NCBI GenBank assembly: GCA_963664195.1
Contig: OY760907.1
Location: 1,120,001-1,184,000 of the forward strand
Length of the DNA stretch: 64,000 nucleotides
Direction: 5' to 3'
From: an uncultured candidate division Zixibacteria bacterium
Lineage (GTDB): Bacteria; Zixibacteria; MSB-5A5; GN15; FEB-12
The notes beneath the pieces were generated by a model. The model was not told where the DNA came from. It saw only the letters and a list, made by a program, of their open reading frames with translations, and did not search any database. A program made the position numbers and the translations under genes. This document shows, piece by piece, positions 1 to 9,313 of this stretch. Each line of letters begins with the position of its first letter. The first letter of the stretch is position 1.

Positions 1-747
1 ATCACCGTCGGTGAAGATGCCACCGATAGTCCCGTCATCGTTCTGCAGCAGGGCGCAACCGAGCCGTTTGGCGGTCATTACGAGCATCATCTCGGAAAGA
101 GTTGTATCCGCCGACACGAGCGGGACTTCATCGCCTGTGTGGTGTACATCGGAAACACGCTTGACCAGCCGTCGACCGAGAAATCCACCCGGGTGCAAAG
201 TGGCGAAATCTTCGGCAGAGAAGTTACGTGCACGCAACAATGCTACTGCAATCGCATCCCCCATTACCAGCGCGGCGGTAGAGGACGAGGTCGGCACCAG
301 ATTGTTCGGACAGGCTTCCTTGGCAACCGAGCAGTCAAGCGCAATGTCGGCACGACGGAACAGATCCGATTCGACCGTACCGCCGAGCACGATGATCTTG
401 ACGCCCAGCCGTCGGGCGGTGGCGATGATCTCGCCCAGTTCGTTGATCTGCCCGGACTTGGAGAGCGCCATCAGGATATCGTTTGGCTGAATAAGCCCAA
501 GGTCGCCGTGGAGCGCCTCGGCCGGATGCAGGAAAAATGCAGAGGTGCCGGTGGAGTTGAAAGTCGCGACAATCTTACGTGCGACATGACCCGATTTACC
601 CATGCCGGTAACAATCACGCGGCCGGTGCAATGCAGTATCATCTCAACGGCAAAATCAAAATGCTCGTCAAGCCGATCGGCCATGGCGGTGATGGCCTCA
701 GCCTCAACCCGCATTACTTCCCTGGCATGTTTTTGCGAATCGCTCAC
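1..747 (-). CDS. kdsD: KpsF/GutQ family arabinose-5-phosphate isomerase (3' end runs off window)
   Basis: Not in the ORF track. Manual translation from GTG at 747 (GTGA overlap with kdsC stop) gives MSDSQKHAREVMRVEAEAI...VIVTGMGKSGHVARKIVATFNSTGT..FLHPAEALHGDLG, and CBS-type GIFTDGD at the window edge. Confidence 0.95.
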   Translation of the reverse strand, partial: MSDSQKHAREVMRVEAEAITAMADRLDEHFDFAVEMILHCTGRVIVTGMGKSGHVARKIVATFNSTGTSAFFLHPAEALHGDLGLIQPNDILMALSKSGQINELGEIIATARRLGVKIIVLGGTVESDLFRRADIALDCSVAKEACPNNLVPTSSSTAALVMGDAIAVALLRARNFSAEDFATLHPGGFLGRRLVKRVSDVHHTGDEVPLVSADTTLSEMMLVMTAKRLGCALLQNDDGTIGGIFTDGD

Positions 748-1274
748 GGCACCAGTTCCGTTGGGTTTATTCCGACGGCTTCAAAATACAGTTCCAGAAC
801 TTCGCGTACCGCACCCTTGCCGCCGTCCTTGGCCGTCACGTAGTCGACCGCATCGATCAGTTCCTTCGCCGAGTCAGCGACTGCAATCGACAGACCGCAC
901 TGACGGGCAAGTTTGATGTCCAGAATCTCGTTGCCGACAAAGGCCATCTGCGAGAACTCAAGCCCCAGCCCTTTGAGCACCGGACGGGCCATTTCGACTT
1001 TGTCTTTCTTGCCCTGCATGACGTGTCTGACACCAAGGTCTTTCATGCGTGTATCGGTGGCGGCGGAGTAACGTCCGGAGATGATCGCCAGTTCGAGACC
1101 GTTGCGCATCGCGAGGACCATATACAGGCCGTCGGAGATGTTAAACTTCTTCGCCTCGAACCCGTCGGGGCCGAAAAAGATGCTGTCGTCGGTCAGGACG
1201 CCGTCGACATCAAACGCGATCAGTTTGATCTCGCGGAATTTTCTGAGCAGTTCGTCTTTGGTCAGTTTGGCCAT
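744..1274 (-). CDS. kdsC: KDO-8-phosphate phosphatase (HAD IIIA)
   Basis: FDVDGVLTD and GGKGAVRE motifs; lies between kdsA and kdsD. Confidence 0.95.
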   Translation of the reverse strand: MAKLTKDELLRKFREIKLIAFDVDGVLTDDSIFFGPDGFEAKKFNISDGLYMVLAMRNGLELAIISGRYSAATDTRMKDLGVRHVMQGKKDKVEMARPVLKGLGLEFSQMAFVGNEILDIKLARQCGLSIAVADSAKELIDAVDYVTAKDGGKGAVREVLELYFEAVGINPTELVP

Positions 1275-1280
1275 ATCGGT

Positions 1281-2075
1281 TTACTTATCCGCCTCCCTGA
1301 TTTTCAGGACCGCATCGAGCAGCCTTTCCATCTCCGACAAGGGCAGCATCGCGGCTGCGTCGGAAAGCCCCTCGCTCGGGTTGGGATGTGTCTCCACAAA
1401 AAGGCCGTCGATCCCAACAGCCGCGGCCGCACGGGCCATCGGCAGAATGAACTCCGGCTGGCCGAGCGAGACACCGTCGCCGCCGCCCGGAAGTTGCAGA
1501 GAGTGGGTGGCATCGAAGACAACCGGATGCCCGGTGCGCTTCATTATCAAGAGCGAGCGGAAATCGACTACGAGTGAACGATAGCCGAAAAACGTGCCGC
1601 GTTCGGTGAGCATGACTTTGTCGGTCTGGGTCTTTTCGGCAGCTTTTCCCATATCTTCAGGGGCGAGAAACTGTCCCTTCTTGATGTTCACCCATTTGCC
1701 GGTGGCGCCGGCTTTGGCGAGAAGGTCAGTCTGTCGGCAGAGGAAGGCGGGAATCTGGAGGATATCGGCCACCTCGGCGACTTCGTCGACCTGGTCGGTC
1801 TCGTGAATATCGGTCAATATGGGAACGTTGAACTCTTCTTTGATCTTCCTGAGCACGGTCAGACCCGCCTTGCGACCGGGACCCGTGTACGATCCGGCGG
1901 AGGTACGGTTGGCCTTCTGGAAGGAGGCTTTGAAGACGTACGGTATACCGAGTTTGTCGGTCAGGGCGGTGAGTTTGTCGGCGATTTGTGTGCAGATCGA
2001 TTCGGATTCGATGACGCACGGTCCTGCAATGAGGAAGAATTCGCCGTTTTCGATTCTTTTGAGGGTGTCAGCCAT
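1281..2075 (-). CDS. kdsA: KDO-8-phosphate synthase
   Basis: IAGPCVIES, KASFQKANRTS, QIPAFLCRQTDLL, NIKKGQFLAP, DATHS motifs. Confidence 0.97.
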   Translation of the reverse strand: MADTLKRIENGEFFLIAGPCVIESESICTQIADKLTALTDKLGIPYVFKASFQKANRTSAGSYTGPGRKAGLTVLRKIKEEFNVPILTDIHETDQVDEVAEVADILQIPAFLCRQTDLLAKAGATGKWVNIKKGQFLAPEDMGKAAEKTQTDKVMLTERGTFFGYRSLVVDFRSLLIMKRTGHPVVFDATHSLQLPGGGDGVSLGQPEFILPMARAAAAVGIDGLFVETHPNPSEGLSDAAAMLPLSEMERLLDAVLKIREADK

Positions 2076-2145
2076 GGGGAGAATATACGGTTTGGGAGTT
2101 GAAATGAAAGAGGAAAAGGGGGGGGCAAAGGTGGGCTCGGTCTGC

Positions 2146-2200
2146 GTAGGTCAGGCCCGTCTTCGGGCCTGACTGTAAGGAGAGTCCGCCGCAGGCGGAC
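2146..2200. repeat. REP-like GC-rich palindromes
   Basis: GTAG directly followed by the perfect palindrome GTCAGGCCCG-tctt-CGGGCCTGAC (2150-2173), then GTCCGCC-gca-GGCGGAC (2184-2200). Confidence 0.45.
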
Positions 2201-2309
2201 GAGACGCCCGACATGGACCCGACCGCCCCTATTACTGTATAAGGAAACAGCGCCCGCAACCAACATGGGAGAATATCGGGACGCAAAACTCGGACCGGGG
2301 AAAATATGC

Positions 2310-3116
2310 ATGAATCTCTATAGAAACGCGGTGATATGCCTGCTGGTGGCTCTTCTCGTAGCCGGATGCGCGACCTTCAAACCGACAGTTGAGCAGTACC
2401 AGACCGATTTCAAACACGGGTTGCCGACCGACCAGATCGGTAATTGGTTTGTAACGGCTCGCGTTGTTGAGAGCCAATCACAAGACGAGGACACCTCATA
2501 CACCGAAAGCCCCGTGCGGATTGTGCTTGAGTCACACTATGCCTTCAAAGGCGATAATCCGCCCCGGTACGATCTGATCCCTGAGCTGAGAATAGATTCA
2601 CTAGTCGTGACGGCTAATCGAAAGGTCGACACAATCCCATTCGTGCTGTTACATCAACCTGCGAAATACTATCCTCAAGGTGAGCACTATCTGTCTGGTC
2701 CGGCACTGGAAGCAGAGTCGAAGGGCACAATCCCGGACAGACTCCCGTTGGATTTCGGCTATGTTCTCATGGTTCGCGATCCAGCTTCAGACTCGCTGAT
2801 GGCGCGCAGGCGAGGTGCTCACACCTTGCTAGGCACTTATCCGGGGATGCTCCGTAGATGGATGGAGTTGGCGTATCCCAACCCGTTCTCACCAACAACC
2901 AGTATGCGCTACCACTTGCCTGACACAGCGCTTGTGCAGATCCTCGTCTACAACGTTGAGGGCAAACTTGTGGACACACTGGCCAATGACACGATGCCGC
3001 CCGGCGAACATGAGGTTGCATGGGATGCCGACGGAGTTGATTCCGGAGTGTACTTCTATAGAATCATGTTGAACGGTGTCGTCGCCGAGACGAAGAAGAT
3101 GCTGTTGTTGAGGTAA
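2310..3116 (+). CDS. Lipoprotein with C-terminal Por/T9SS type A sorting-like (FlgD-Ig) domain
   Basis: Lipobox LVAG-C; C-terminus AYPNPFSPTT..Y.LP....V...VYNVEG..V..L......G...V.WD.....SGVYFYR......KKMLLLR. Confidence 0.85.
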   Translation: MNLYRNAVICLLVALLVAGCATFKPTVEQYQTDFKHGLPTDQIGNWFVTARVVESQSQDEDTSYTESPVRIVLESHYAFKGDNPPRYDLIPELRIDSLVVTANRKVDTIPFVLLHQPAKYYPQGEHYLSGPALEAESKGTIPDRLPLDFGYVLMVRDPASDSLMARRRGAHTLLGTYPGMLRRWMELAYPNPFSPTTSMRYHLPDTALVQILVYNVEGKLVDTLANDTMPPGEHEVAWDADGVDSGVYFYRIMLNGVVAETKKMLLLR

Positions 3117-3125
3117 GGAGCCCCC

Positions 3126-3326
3126 CTACCCCACTCTCCAGACAAATGCCCTTCCGCCTTCGCGGGTGCGGGTCAGGTTGATCTCGTCCTCGAGTTTGGC
3201 TACCCACGTCGGGCACGGTCGGTCATACGGCAGGCTCAACCTGTCGCGAAGTTCCGCCCAGGTGAGACCGTCGCGGTTGCGTTTCAGTTCGGTTTCGATA
3301 ACGTCTCGAAATTCTACGTAGCGCAT
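3126..3326 (-). CDS. Small hypothetical protein, possible winged-helix fold
   Basis: 66 aa MRYVEFRDVIETELKRNRDGLTWAELRDRLSLPY..; purine-rich sequence upstream. Confidence 0.65.
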   Translation of the reverse strand: MRYVEFRDVIETELKRNRDGLTWAELRDRLSLPYDRPCPTWVAKLEDEINLTRTREGGRAFVWRVG

Positions 3327-3370
3327 AGTGAACTCGCTTCTCTCTTCATCCTCCGACGCGGGGCCATGTC

Positions 3371-3961
3371 TCAATCGTCGCTCAGGATTGTCTGCCGTTT
3401 CTCCTCGAATTTGACGAGGCTGCACTCGTACTCACGCCGGTAGGTCTCGGCACCGTCGAGATCAATCATCCGGGCCGTGAAAGTGAGAGTCACAGCATCG
3501 TCGTCTTTTGGAATGCCGGCCACATGGAAGCCTACTCCGCGATCGTGTCTCGAACGCTGCTGTTTTGCGGGTACGACAAGGCTCTTTCCAGAGGGTTGGC
3601 AAACCACATTCAACGTATCCACGTGAACGAAGCGCGGAATCGTATCAGTCTGCATCGGCATACCGTACAGGTTGCGAACAGAATCGCGCGGGAGACGAAA
3701 CCGGATGTCAACGTTGTATTCGTTTGATTGCACTCGATCGTAGTCTGAAGATTGGAACACCGACACCATGGCAATCTCGACCTGCCACGGCCCGAACGGT
3801 TCCGGCAACCGGTTAGTCACGGCCTTATCATTCAAGTAGGGCAAGCTGTCTGGGACCGTGTCCGGCAGAAAAAACGCACGGGTGTACCTGTTAATGCACC
3901 CGGTCATTACCACTGCGCACGTCAGCAGGATTAGGCCAACCCGTGAACGTGTCTGTTTCAC
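3371..3961 (-). CDS. Hypothetical lipoprotein
   Basis: Signal peptide with lipobox VMTG-C. Confidence 0.8.
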   Translation of the reverse strand: MKQTRSRVGLILLTCAVVMTGCINRYTRAFFLPDTVPDSLPYLNDKAVTNRLPEPFGPWQVEIAMVSVFQSSDYDRVQSNEYNVDIRFRLPRDSVRNLYGMPMQTDTIPRFVHVDTLNVVCQPSGKSLVVPAKQQRSRHDRGVGFHVAGIPKDDDAVTLTFTARMIDLDGAETYRREYECSLVKFEEKRQTILSDD

Positions 3962-3974
3962 ATCGCTGCCATTC

Positions 3975-4361
3975 TTATTGCGAGGACTTGCGGAAGTGCC
4001 ATTTCACGCGGTCGCCCTCGGCGGTTACGTAATCATCGGCGGCTATCTGGCCCATACTGTCATTGACCGAATACACCCAGTAATAGGACGAACCGCCCTC
4101 TACAGCGTCTATAGAAGTTACGAAAACGCCCATCGCGGAGTTGCGGTATTCCACTCTGTGACTTACCTGAAGTAGCTCGAAAACGCTTGTAGAGTCGATT
4201 CCTGCCAACTCGATAGTCACGCTGTCGACCGGCTGAACGACCGCTGACTCGGCTTGATCGTTGGCGGAGTTGTCGGCCTCTGGAGTTTCATGGGAACAGG
4301 ATACTTGCAGAAGCACACAGAAAGTGAGCACCCAGACAGAAGGGATATAACGTCGGCCCAT
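3975..4361 (-). CDS. DUF4430 (transcobalamin C-terminal-like beta-grasp) lipoprotein
   Basis: Lipobox LQVS-C; G.FVTSID......YWVYSVN......A..Y....GD.V.W pattern. Confidence 0.8.
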   Translation of the reverse strand: MGRRYIPSVWVLTFCVLLQVSCSHETPEADNSANDQAESAVVQPVDSVTIELAGIDSTSVFELLQVSHRVEYRNSAMGVFVTSIDAVEGGSSYYWVYSVNDSMGQIAADDYVTAEGDRVKWHFRKSSQ

Positions 4362-4791
4362 GTACAGTCTCCCAAAAAAAGAGGATATTTCGAGCGAATT
4401 TGCTGAATAGAGTGACCTGTTGATAGGTAATACGTACGACAGGCCGGGGCAAGCAACAAACCGGTGGGATTCTCCCGTTTTCCCATCTGTTCGTTCAGAG
4501 GGAGGTCTGGTCTGAATAAGAGCGGTCGGGAAGTTGTGAGCCTGGCCGCTTTTTCAACGACATCACGCGGCGGCAACTTATGTCGGAGATCGTCGTACCA
4601 GAAGTAAAACGCGGTAGGATTGAAGAGGGTCTGCATGTCCTGGGGTGGATGGAACGCAGCCCTCTCTTCCATTATTGCCCTAACGCGCACACTTCATCCT
4701 GGCACTAACACCTGAGTTCATCGATTACTAAGTTGCACCCACGGACGATCTGCCGCTATATTGCAGTCAAGGCAGATATCTGGAGGTACGC

Positions 4792-5889
4792 ATGGGGATA
4801 GATTTTGGCGGCATGATCAGGCGCTCTTTCGAGATTGCCTGGCGGTACAAGTCATTGTGGATATTCGGCTTGTTTGCTACGGCCGGCGGCAACAACTTCA
4901 ATTTCAACATGCCCAATAGCGGAGGTTTCGACACCGGCACATGGAGCGGTTTCGGCAACGGCGCCGATCTTGATTGGCTGCAAAACATGCCGGAGGAAAT
5001 GCTCGCCGGTCTGGCGGTTGGCGTTGTCCTGTTGCTCCTCTTCCTGGGTCTCCTGTTCTTTATCTGCTACAATTTGGCCATGCCGGCCATGGTCGATGCA
5101 GTCAACAAGATCACGCGCGGCGGCAGCTATCGATTCAGCTCGTCGTTCTCAAGGGGTGTAGACTTCTTCTGGCAGTTTGTTGGCCTGACGCTCATCCAGA
5201 TGATATGCGGTATCACGATTTTTGGAGTAGCCGTCATATTATATATGTTGACCCCGTTCACCCTGTTGTTGACAATTCCGGCGGCGATTGTAGTCGGATT
5301 CACGCTGTACCACACCTTCGGCCTGGCCGAGGTGGCCCTGGTCGCCCGCAACGGTACCATTGGCGACGCCATCGCAGAAGGGTTCAATCTGTTGAAGCAG
5401 AATGTCGGCAATTGCGTCATGATGTCGCTCATCCTGATCGGCTTGATTATAGCCTTCTCGATAGTATGTGGAATCGTGGCAGTCATGGCGTTTCTGCCGA
5501 TTGGCCTGATAGTGGGCGCTATGACCGGCAGCGTTGCTGCCGCCGTTATCCTGGCCCTGATAATCGGACTGCCGGTTTCACTCGTTCTGGGCGGATATAC
5601 CGGTACGTTTTTCAATTCGATGTACGTACAGTTCTATTTCCAGCTTGTGGAACCCCAACAGCCGAGGCCTTCCGGAAGAGGCGATGTCTACTATCCCGGA
5701 GCCCCACAGGGGCCTAGCTCCCCACAGGGGCCTAGCTCCCCTCAGGGACCCGCTCCCCAGGGGACTACCCCGTCGAGTCCGCCGTCCTCCGATCCGCCGT
5801 CATCGCAGCCGCCACGGCCTGATTCGGGACCGAACGACAGCAAACCGGACAGCGAGGATACCAAGCCGGGCAGCGACTACAACATCTGA
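4792..5889 (+). CDS. Multi-pass membrane protein with Pro/Ser-rich C-terminal tail
   Basis: About 6 hydrophobic segments; GGAGG RBS; TTGCAC-N18-TATATT promoter at 4733-4762. Confidence 0.85.
   Translation: MGIDFGGMIRRSFEIAWRYKSLWIFGLFATAGGNNFNFNMPNSGGFDTGTWSGFGNGADLDWLQNMPEEMLAGLAVGVVLLLLFLGLLFFICYNLAMPAMVDAVNKITRGGSYRFSSSFSRGVDFFWQFVGLTLIQMICGITIFGVAVILYMLTPFTLLLTIPAAIVVGFTLYHTFGLAEVALVARNGTIGDAIAEGFNLLKQNVGNCVMMSLILIGLIIAFSIVCGIVAVMAFLPIGLIVGAMTGSVAAAVILALIIGLPVSLVLGGYTGTFFNSMYVQFYFQLVEPQQPRPSGRGDVYYPGAPQGPSSPQGPSSPQGPAPQGTTPSSPPSSDPPSSQPPRPDSGPNDSKPDSEDTKPGSDYNI
5704..5763 (+). repeat. In-frame 18-bp tandem repeat (PQGPSS)x2 plus degenerate copies
   Basis: CCACAGGGGCCTAGCTCC twice, then CCTCAGGGACCCGCT CCCCAGGGG. 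Confidence 0.85.
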
Positions 5890-6056
5890 TTTGAAGGGGC
5901 CACCCGACACCGCAAGGATTGACCCCTTATCCGTACCGTTGGACAACTGCGATGCTGTGTGTCCTCGTCCGACGGCTCCACCTGTTGCACAAGACAGAAA
6001 CCACTGTGCCTGTTTGAGGTTGATTTGAGAGACCCTGCAGTGTTAATTGCACCGAT

Positions 6057-7268
6057 ATGAAAAAGACTATTATTGCTATAACGATACTGATGCTGGCGGC
6101 TGCCTCTGCTGATGGCCAGTTCCTCGAAGATGAAGCGACTGTTCCGGACACGGTACTGCCTCATACTACCTACGACGTACCAACTGTCAGGCTCAATGAC
6201 AACGCGATTTCCTTCCAAAACAGCCTTTACCCCGGCTATTACAAGAACGCCTCGTCTTACGGCGATATGCGCTGGGTTCGACGCAACGACAGCAGCTTTG
6301 TCGATTTCTGGCAGAACCACGGCGACAGCGTATTGCTCGTTTTGTCCGAGCTGTCCGGGATCGAATGGGTCGAGGGCCGATTTGATATCTACCTCGTTCG
6401 TTACTACCCAACCGTGGGCAGCGGAGACCCGGCCGTCATTCCACTGGGCGGCATACGTCAGGGAGCGGTCAGCGAGGCTCCCCCGCAGGGGAGCAAACTG
6501 CACCTGGACCTGATCTACCAACTGGCACACCGGATGCTCAATCAGGTCGAACGCTCCGAAGATCCGTTCATGAGATCCATGGCCGGACACCCGCTCATGC
6601 GCCCCGGAGTGTACCGTCGCGACAATCTCGCCATGCTTCTGGCGCTGGTTACCTCGCAACAGGTGTTGGGGTTGGATTCGACTTTCGATGCCTACCAATC
6701 AGCATTCTGGAAACAGCGTCATCCCGGACGGCAGGTGTTCGAGGAATACCTGCTCTCAGAGTGGATTTTGACTGCTGACCGTCCGCTGGCCCAGTGGGTG
6801 GTTGAGGAACCCTACGCTTCGAATCTCGTCAGTATGACCCGTCCGCCGCGACGACAGACGAATGATCAGGACACGCGAAAACGCGTATATGTCGAGGATG
6901 TCCCGCTAAAGGGACAACTCGGTTTTTCTGTCAAGTTTGGCAATTCCGGTCAACTCGTGGTGGACAAGATCGACTACTCCCGTCTGGCTTATGCCTGCGG
7001 ATTGCGCGAGGAAGACGTGATTCGGAGTGTCGACGGTTCCCGCGTAAGGAGCCACAAAGACATGATCCAGAAAATCCTGGCGGGGATGGATGAAGGCGGC
7101 GCCACGGTCACGGTTCTTCGGGAAGAACATACGCTGGCGGTACTGATACAGCCGATGGACGTTTTCTACGACGAGGACCTGTACTGGGAAGAGTACGAAG
7201 ACTCGCTGTACTACGAAACGCCGCCGGTCGTGGATTCGGCTGTCGTCCCGCCGGGACCGGAGGAGTAG
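6057..7268 (+). CDS. Secreted PDZ-domain protein
   Basis: Sec signal peptide; C-terminal PDZ (LGFSV...VVDKI..S.LAY.CGLR.EDVIRSVDG); acidic tail. Confidence 0.85.
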   Translation: MKKTIIAITILMLAAASADGQFLEDEATVPDTVLPHTTYDVPTVRLNDNAISFQNSLYPGYYKNASSYGDMRWVRRNDSSFVDFWQNHGDSVLLVLSELSGIEWVEGRFDIYLVRYYPTVGSGDPAVIPLGGIRQGAVSEAPPQGSKLHLDLIYQLAHRMLNQVERSEDPFMRSMAGHPLMRPGVYRRDNLAMLLALVTSQQVLGLDSTFDAYQSAFWKQRHPGRQVFEEYLLSEWILTADRPLAQWVVEEPYASNLVSMTRPPRRQTNDQDTRKRVYVEDVPLKGQLGFSVKFGNSGQLVVDKIDYSRLAYACGLREEDVIRSVDGSRVRSHKDMIQKILAGMDEGGATVTVLREEHTLAVLIQPMDVFYDEDLYWEEYEDSLYYETPPVVDSAVVPPGPEE

Positions 7269-7645
7269 GCCCCGGGTCCGGCGGCCTGTCTGCTGGACAT
7301 TTTCGTCTCCGATGCACAAGGCCGGAACCAAATCCACGAGTCAGCCCAACTCAGGAGTCTCTGGTGCCATAAATTCCCCAGCCCGAACATCCGACACAAA
7401 ACGTCAGAATCTGACTAGATATTCAGCCCTTCTTCGATAAGATGATGCCATTCTTGCCTCTGAAGGAACAAATCGCCGTCAAGACGGCTTCTATAGGTGT
7501 AATACCCTGAGTTCTAAATATGTAGTTTTAAGAGCAAGAAACTGTTATGGCGGTTTTCGGGCAAGGGCGGCAATGGAATGAACCCGTCCCTCTGCAGTGT
7601 GCCGCAATGCAAATGTAACCCAGTGACCTGGGAAAAGAGGCGAAT

Positions 7646-9121
7646 ATGAGAAATTCCATCGTGTTGTTCAGAATGCTGGTGGTGAGTTTAGTGGTACTGT
7701 GCTGTACGACATTAGCCTTCGCGCAGTCAAGTGACGTGAAGGCCAGTCTCTTCAGAGACGTCGATGCGGCGATGGCGAGTGCCAAACAGGCCAACGCCGA
7801 ATTACTCACCCCCAAGACATTCGGCAAGGCCATGAAGCTATATGCCGAAGCAACAAGGGATTACGAACGGGGAAACAACCTTGAAGACATCCGAAAAAAA
7901 CTCGGAGAAACCGTGACGCTCTTCCGGGAGTCAACAAATGCCACGAAGCAGGCCAACCTGACTTTTGCTGAAACCCTGAAGGCGCGCGAAAAGGCTGTGA
8001 CGGCGGAATCGTCGAAGCACGCGACCAAGAGTTGGACGGAGGCTGAAAAGGAGCTTGCGGACGCCACCGTAAAGCTTGAAGACGGGGACGTCAAATCGGC
8101 GCAGAAGAGCTCGGGTGAGATTTCAGACATGTACAGGAGGACGGAACTTGAGGCGATCAAATCCAAACATCTGTCCAAAACTTGGAGTATGTTGGAAACT
8201 GCCAGGAAAAACGATGTTCCCGCATACTCGCCTGCGACCTTTGCCAGAGCGGAGGCTTTGGCCCGGCAGGCGGAGACCAAACTGACACAGAACAGGTACG
8301 ATACTGACACACCGATCAGTCTGGCAAGCGAGGCTAATTACGAGATCAAGCATGCCACCTATCTGGCCACTATCGTACATAAAATGAAAAGCCCTGCGGA
8401 CTTTGAGGCAGTCGCCCTGAAGGCTGAGGAGCCGCTGAGCAAGACCGCGACCACACTCGGCCTTGAGACCCCCCGGTTCGATGAGGGGACGGGAAAGGTG
8501 ACCAGACAGATCAATGAGAGCATAGTAGCGTTGCAGGGATCTCAAGACAGGCTCACCCGGAGTCTGTCAGAAAAGCAGCAGGAGATTGCGACTCTGGATG
8601 TCCGTGTGGACGAACTCGAGACACAACTGGGCATGTCAGCCACTGAGAAAACGTCTCTTGCCCGACAAATGCAGGACGATGCCGCGTCACGGGAGAGATT
8701 CACTGCGGTCGAACGATCGTATGCCCCAAGCGAGGCACGAGTTCTGCGCGAGGGTAACAATGTCATCATTCGTCTGATTGGATTGAGTTTCGAGTCGGGC
8801 AAGTCCACTCTCGACCCCAGCCATTTTGGGCTGCTGTCCAAGGTCAAGGCATCGATAGGCCAATTTCCCGGCTGGGCGGTTAGGGTTCAGGGGCATACCG
8901 ATTCGCGCGGAGGCAACGCAGCCAATCTCGCACTTTCACAGCAACGAGCAGAGGCTGTCAGGGCTTACCTGGAGGCCAATATGAATCTGGACAAGTCGCT
9001 ACTGAATGCTGATGGTTATGGTGATAGTCTTCCTATTGCCTCCAACGAAACCGTCGAAGGGCGGGCGATGAATCGTCGTATCGATATCGTCATTCAGCCA
9101 ACTTCGCAAATGGCCAAATAA
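7646..9121 (+). CDS. OmpA-family peptidoglycan-binding protein with long helical N-terminal region
   Basis: Signal peptide; C-terminal VQGHTDSRG..NLALSQQRAEAV..GYG...PIASN.T..GRA.NRRI. Confidence 0.9.
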   Translation: MRNSIVLFRMLVVSLVVLCCTTLAFAQSSDVKASLFRDVDAAMASAKQANAELLTPKTFGKAMKLYAEATRDYERGNNLEDIRKKLGETVTLFRESTNATKQANLTFAETLKAREKAVTAESSKHATKSWTEAEKELADATVKLEDGDVKSAQKSSGEISDMYRRTELEAIKSKHLSKTWSMLETARKNDVPAYSPATFARAEALARQAETKLTQNRYDTDTPISLASEANYEIKHATYLATIVHKMKSPADFEAVALKAEEPLSKTATTLGLETPRFDEGTGKVTRQINESIVALQGSQDRLTRSLSEKQQEIATLDVRVDELETQLGMSATEKTSLARQMQDDAASRERFTAVERSYAPSEARVLREGNNVIIRLIGLSFESGKSTLDPSHFGLLSKVKASIGQFPGWAVRVQGHTDSRGGNAANLALSQQRAEAVRAYLEANMNLDKSLLNADGYGDSLPIASNETVEGRAMNRRIDIVIQPTSQMAK

Positions 9122-9313
9122 ACTCCAATTGCGGTCCAGGCGGCTCCTGCGGAGCCGCCTGGACAATACTTCCAGTACCAGGGTCAGCCCGTTCTTCTGT
9201 TGCCCCCACCTGTTGTTGACAGTATTATTCGTCCTGATTCCGTTACCGTGTTGTGCTTTGGGTTGCATGCATTTCACGGCCACGAGACCTCGAATTCATA
9301 TTGAGGCTGTCAC

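Noticed and set aside
4461..4475. Exact 15-mer CCGGTGGGATTCTCC repeated at 52485-52499
   Set aside because: About one such match is expected by chance in 64 kb; the flanks are unrelated and the second copy lies in a promoter spacer
4440..4500. Cobalamin riboswitch upstream of the DUF4430 gene (GGGAAAACGGGAGAATCCC on the minus strand)
   Set aside because: Only superficial similarity; the expected pairing, GCCACTG and the B12-box AGYCAG are not found
5704..5763. CRISPR-like or contingency repeat
   Set aside because: In-frame 18-bp coding repeat in a disordered Pro-rich tail; no spacers and no cas genes
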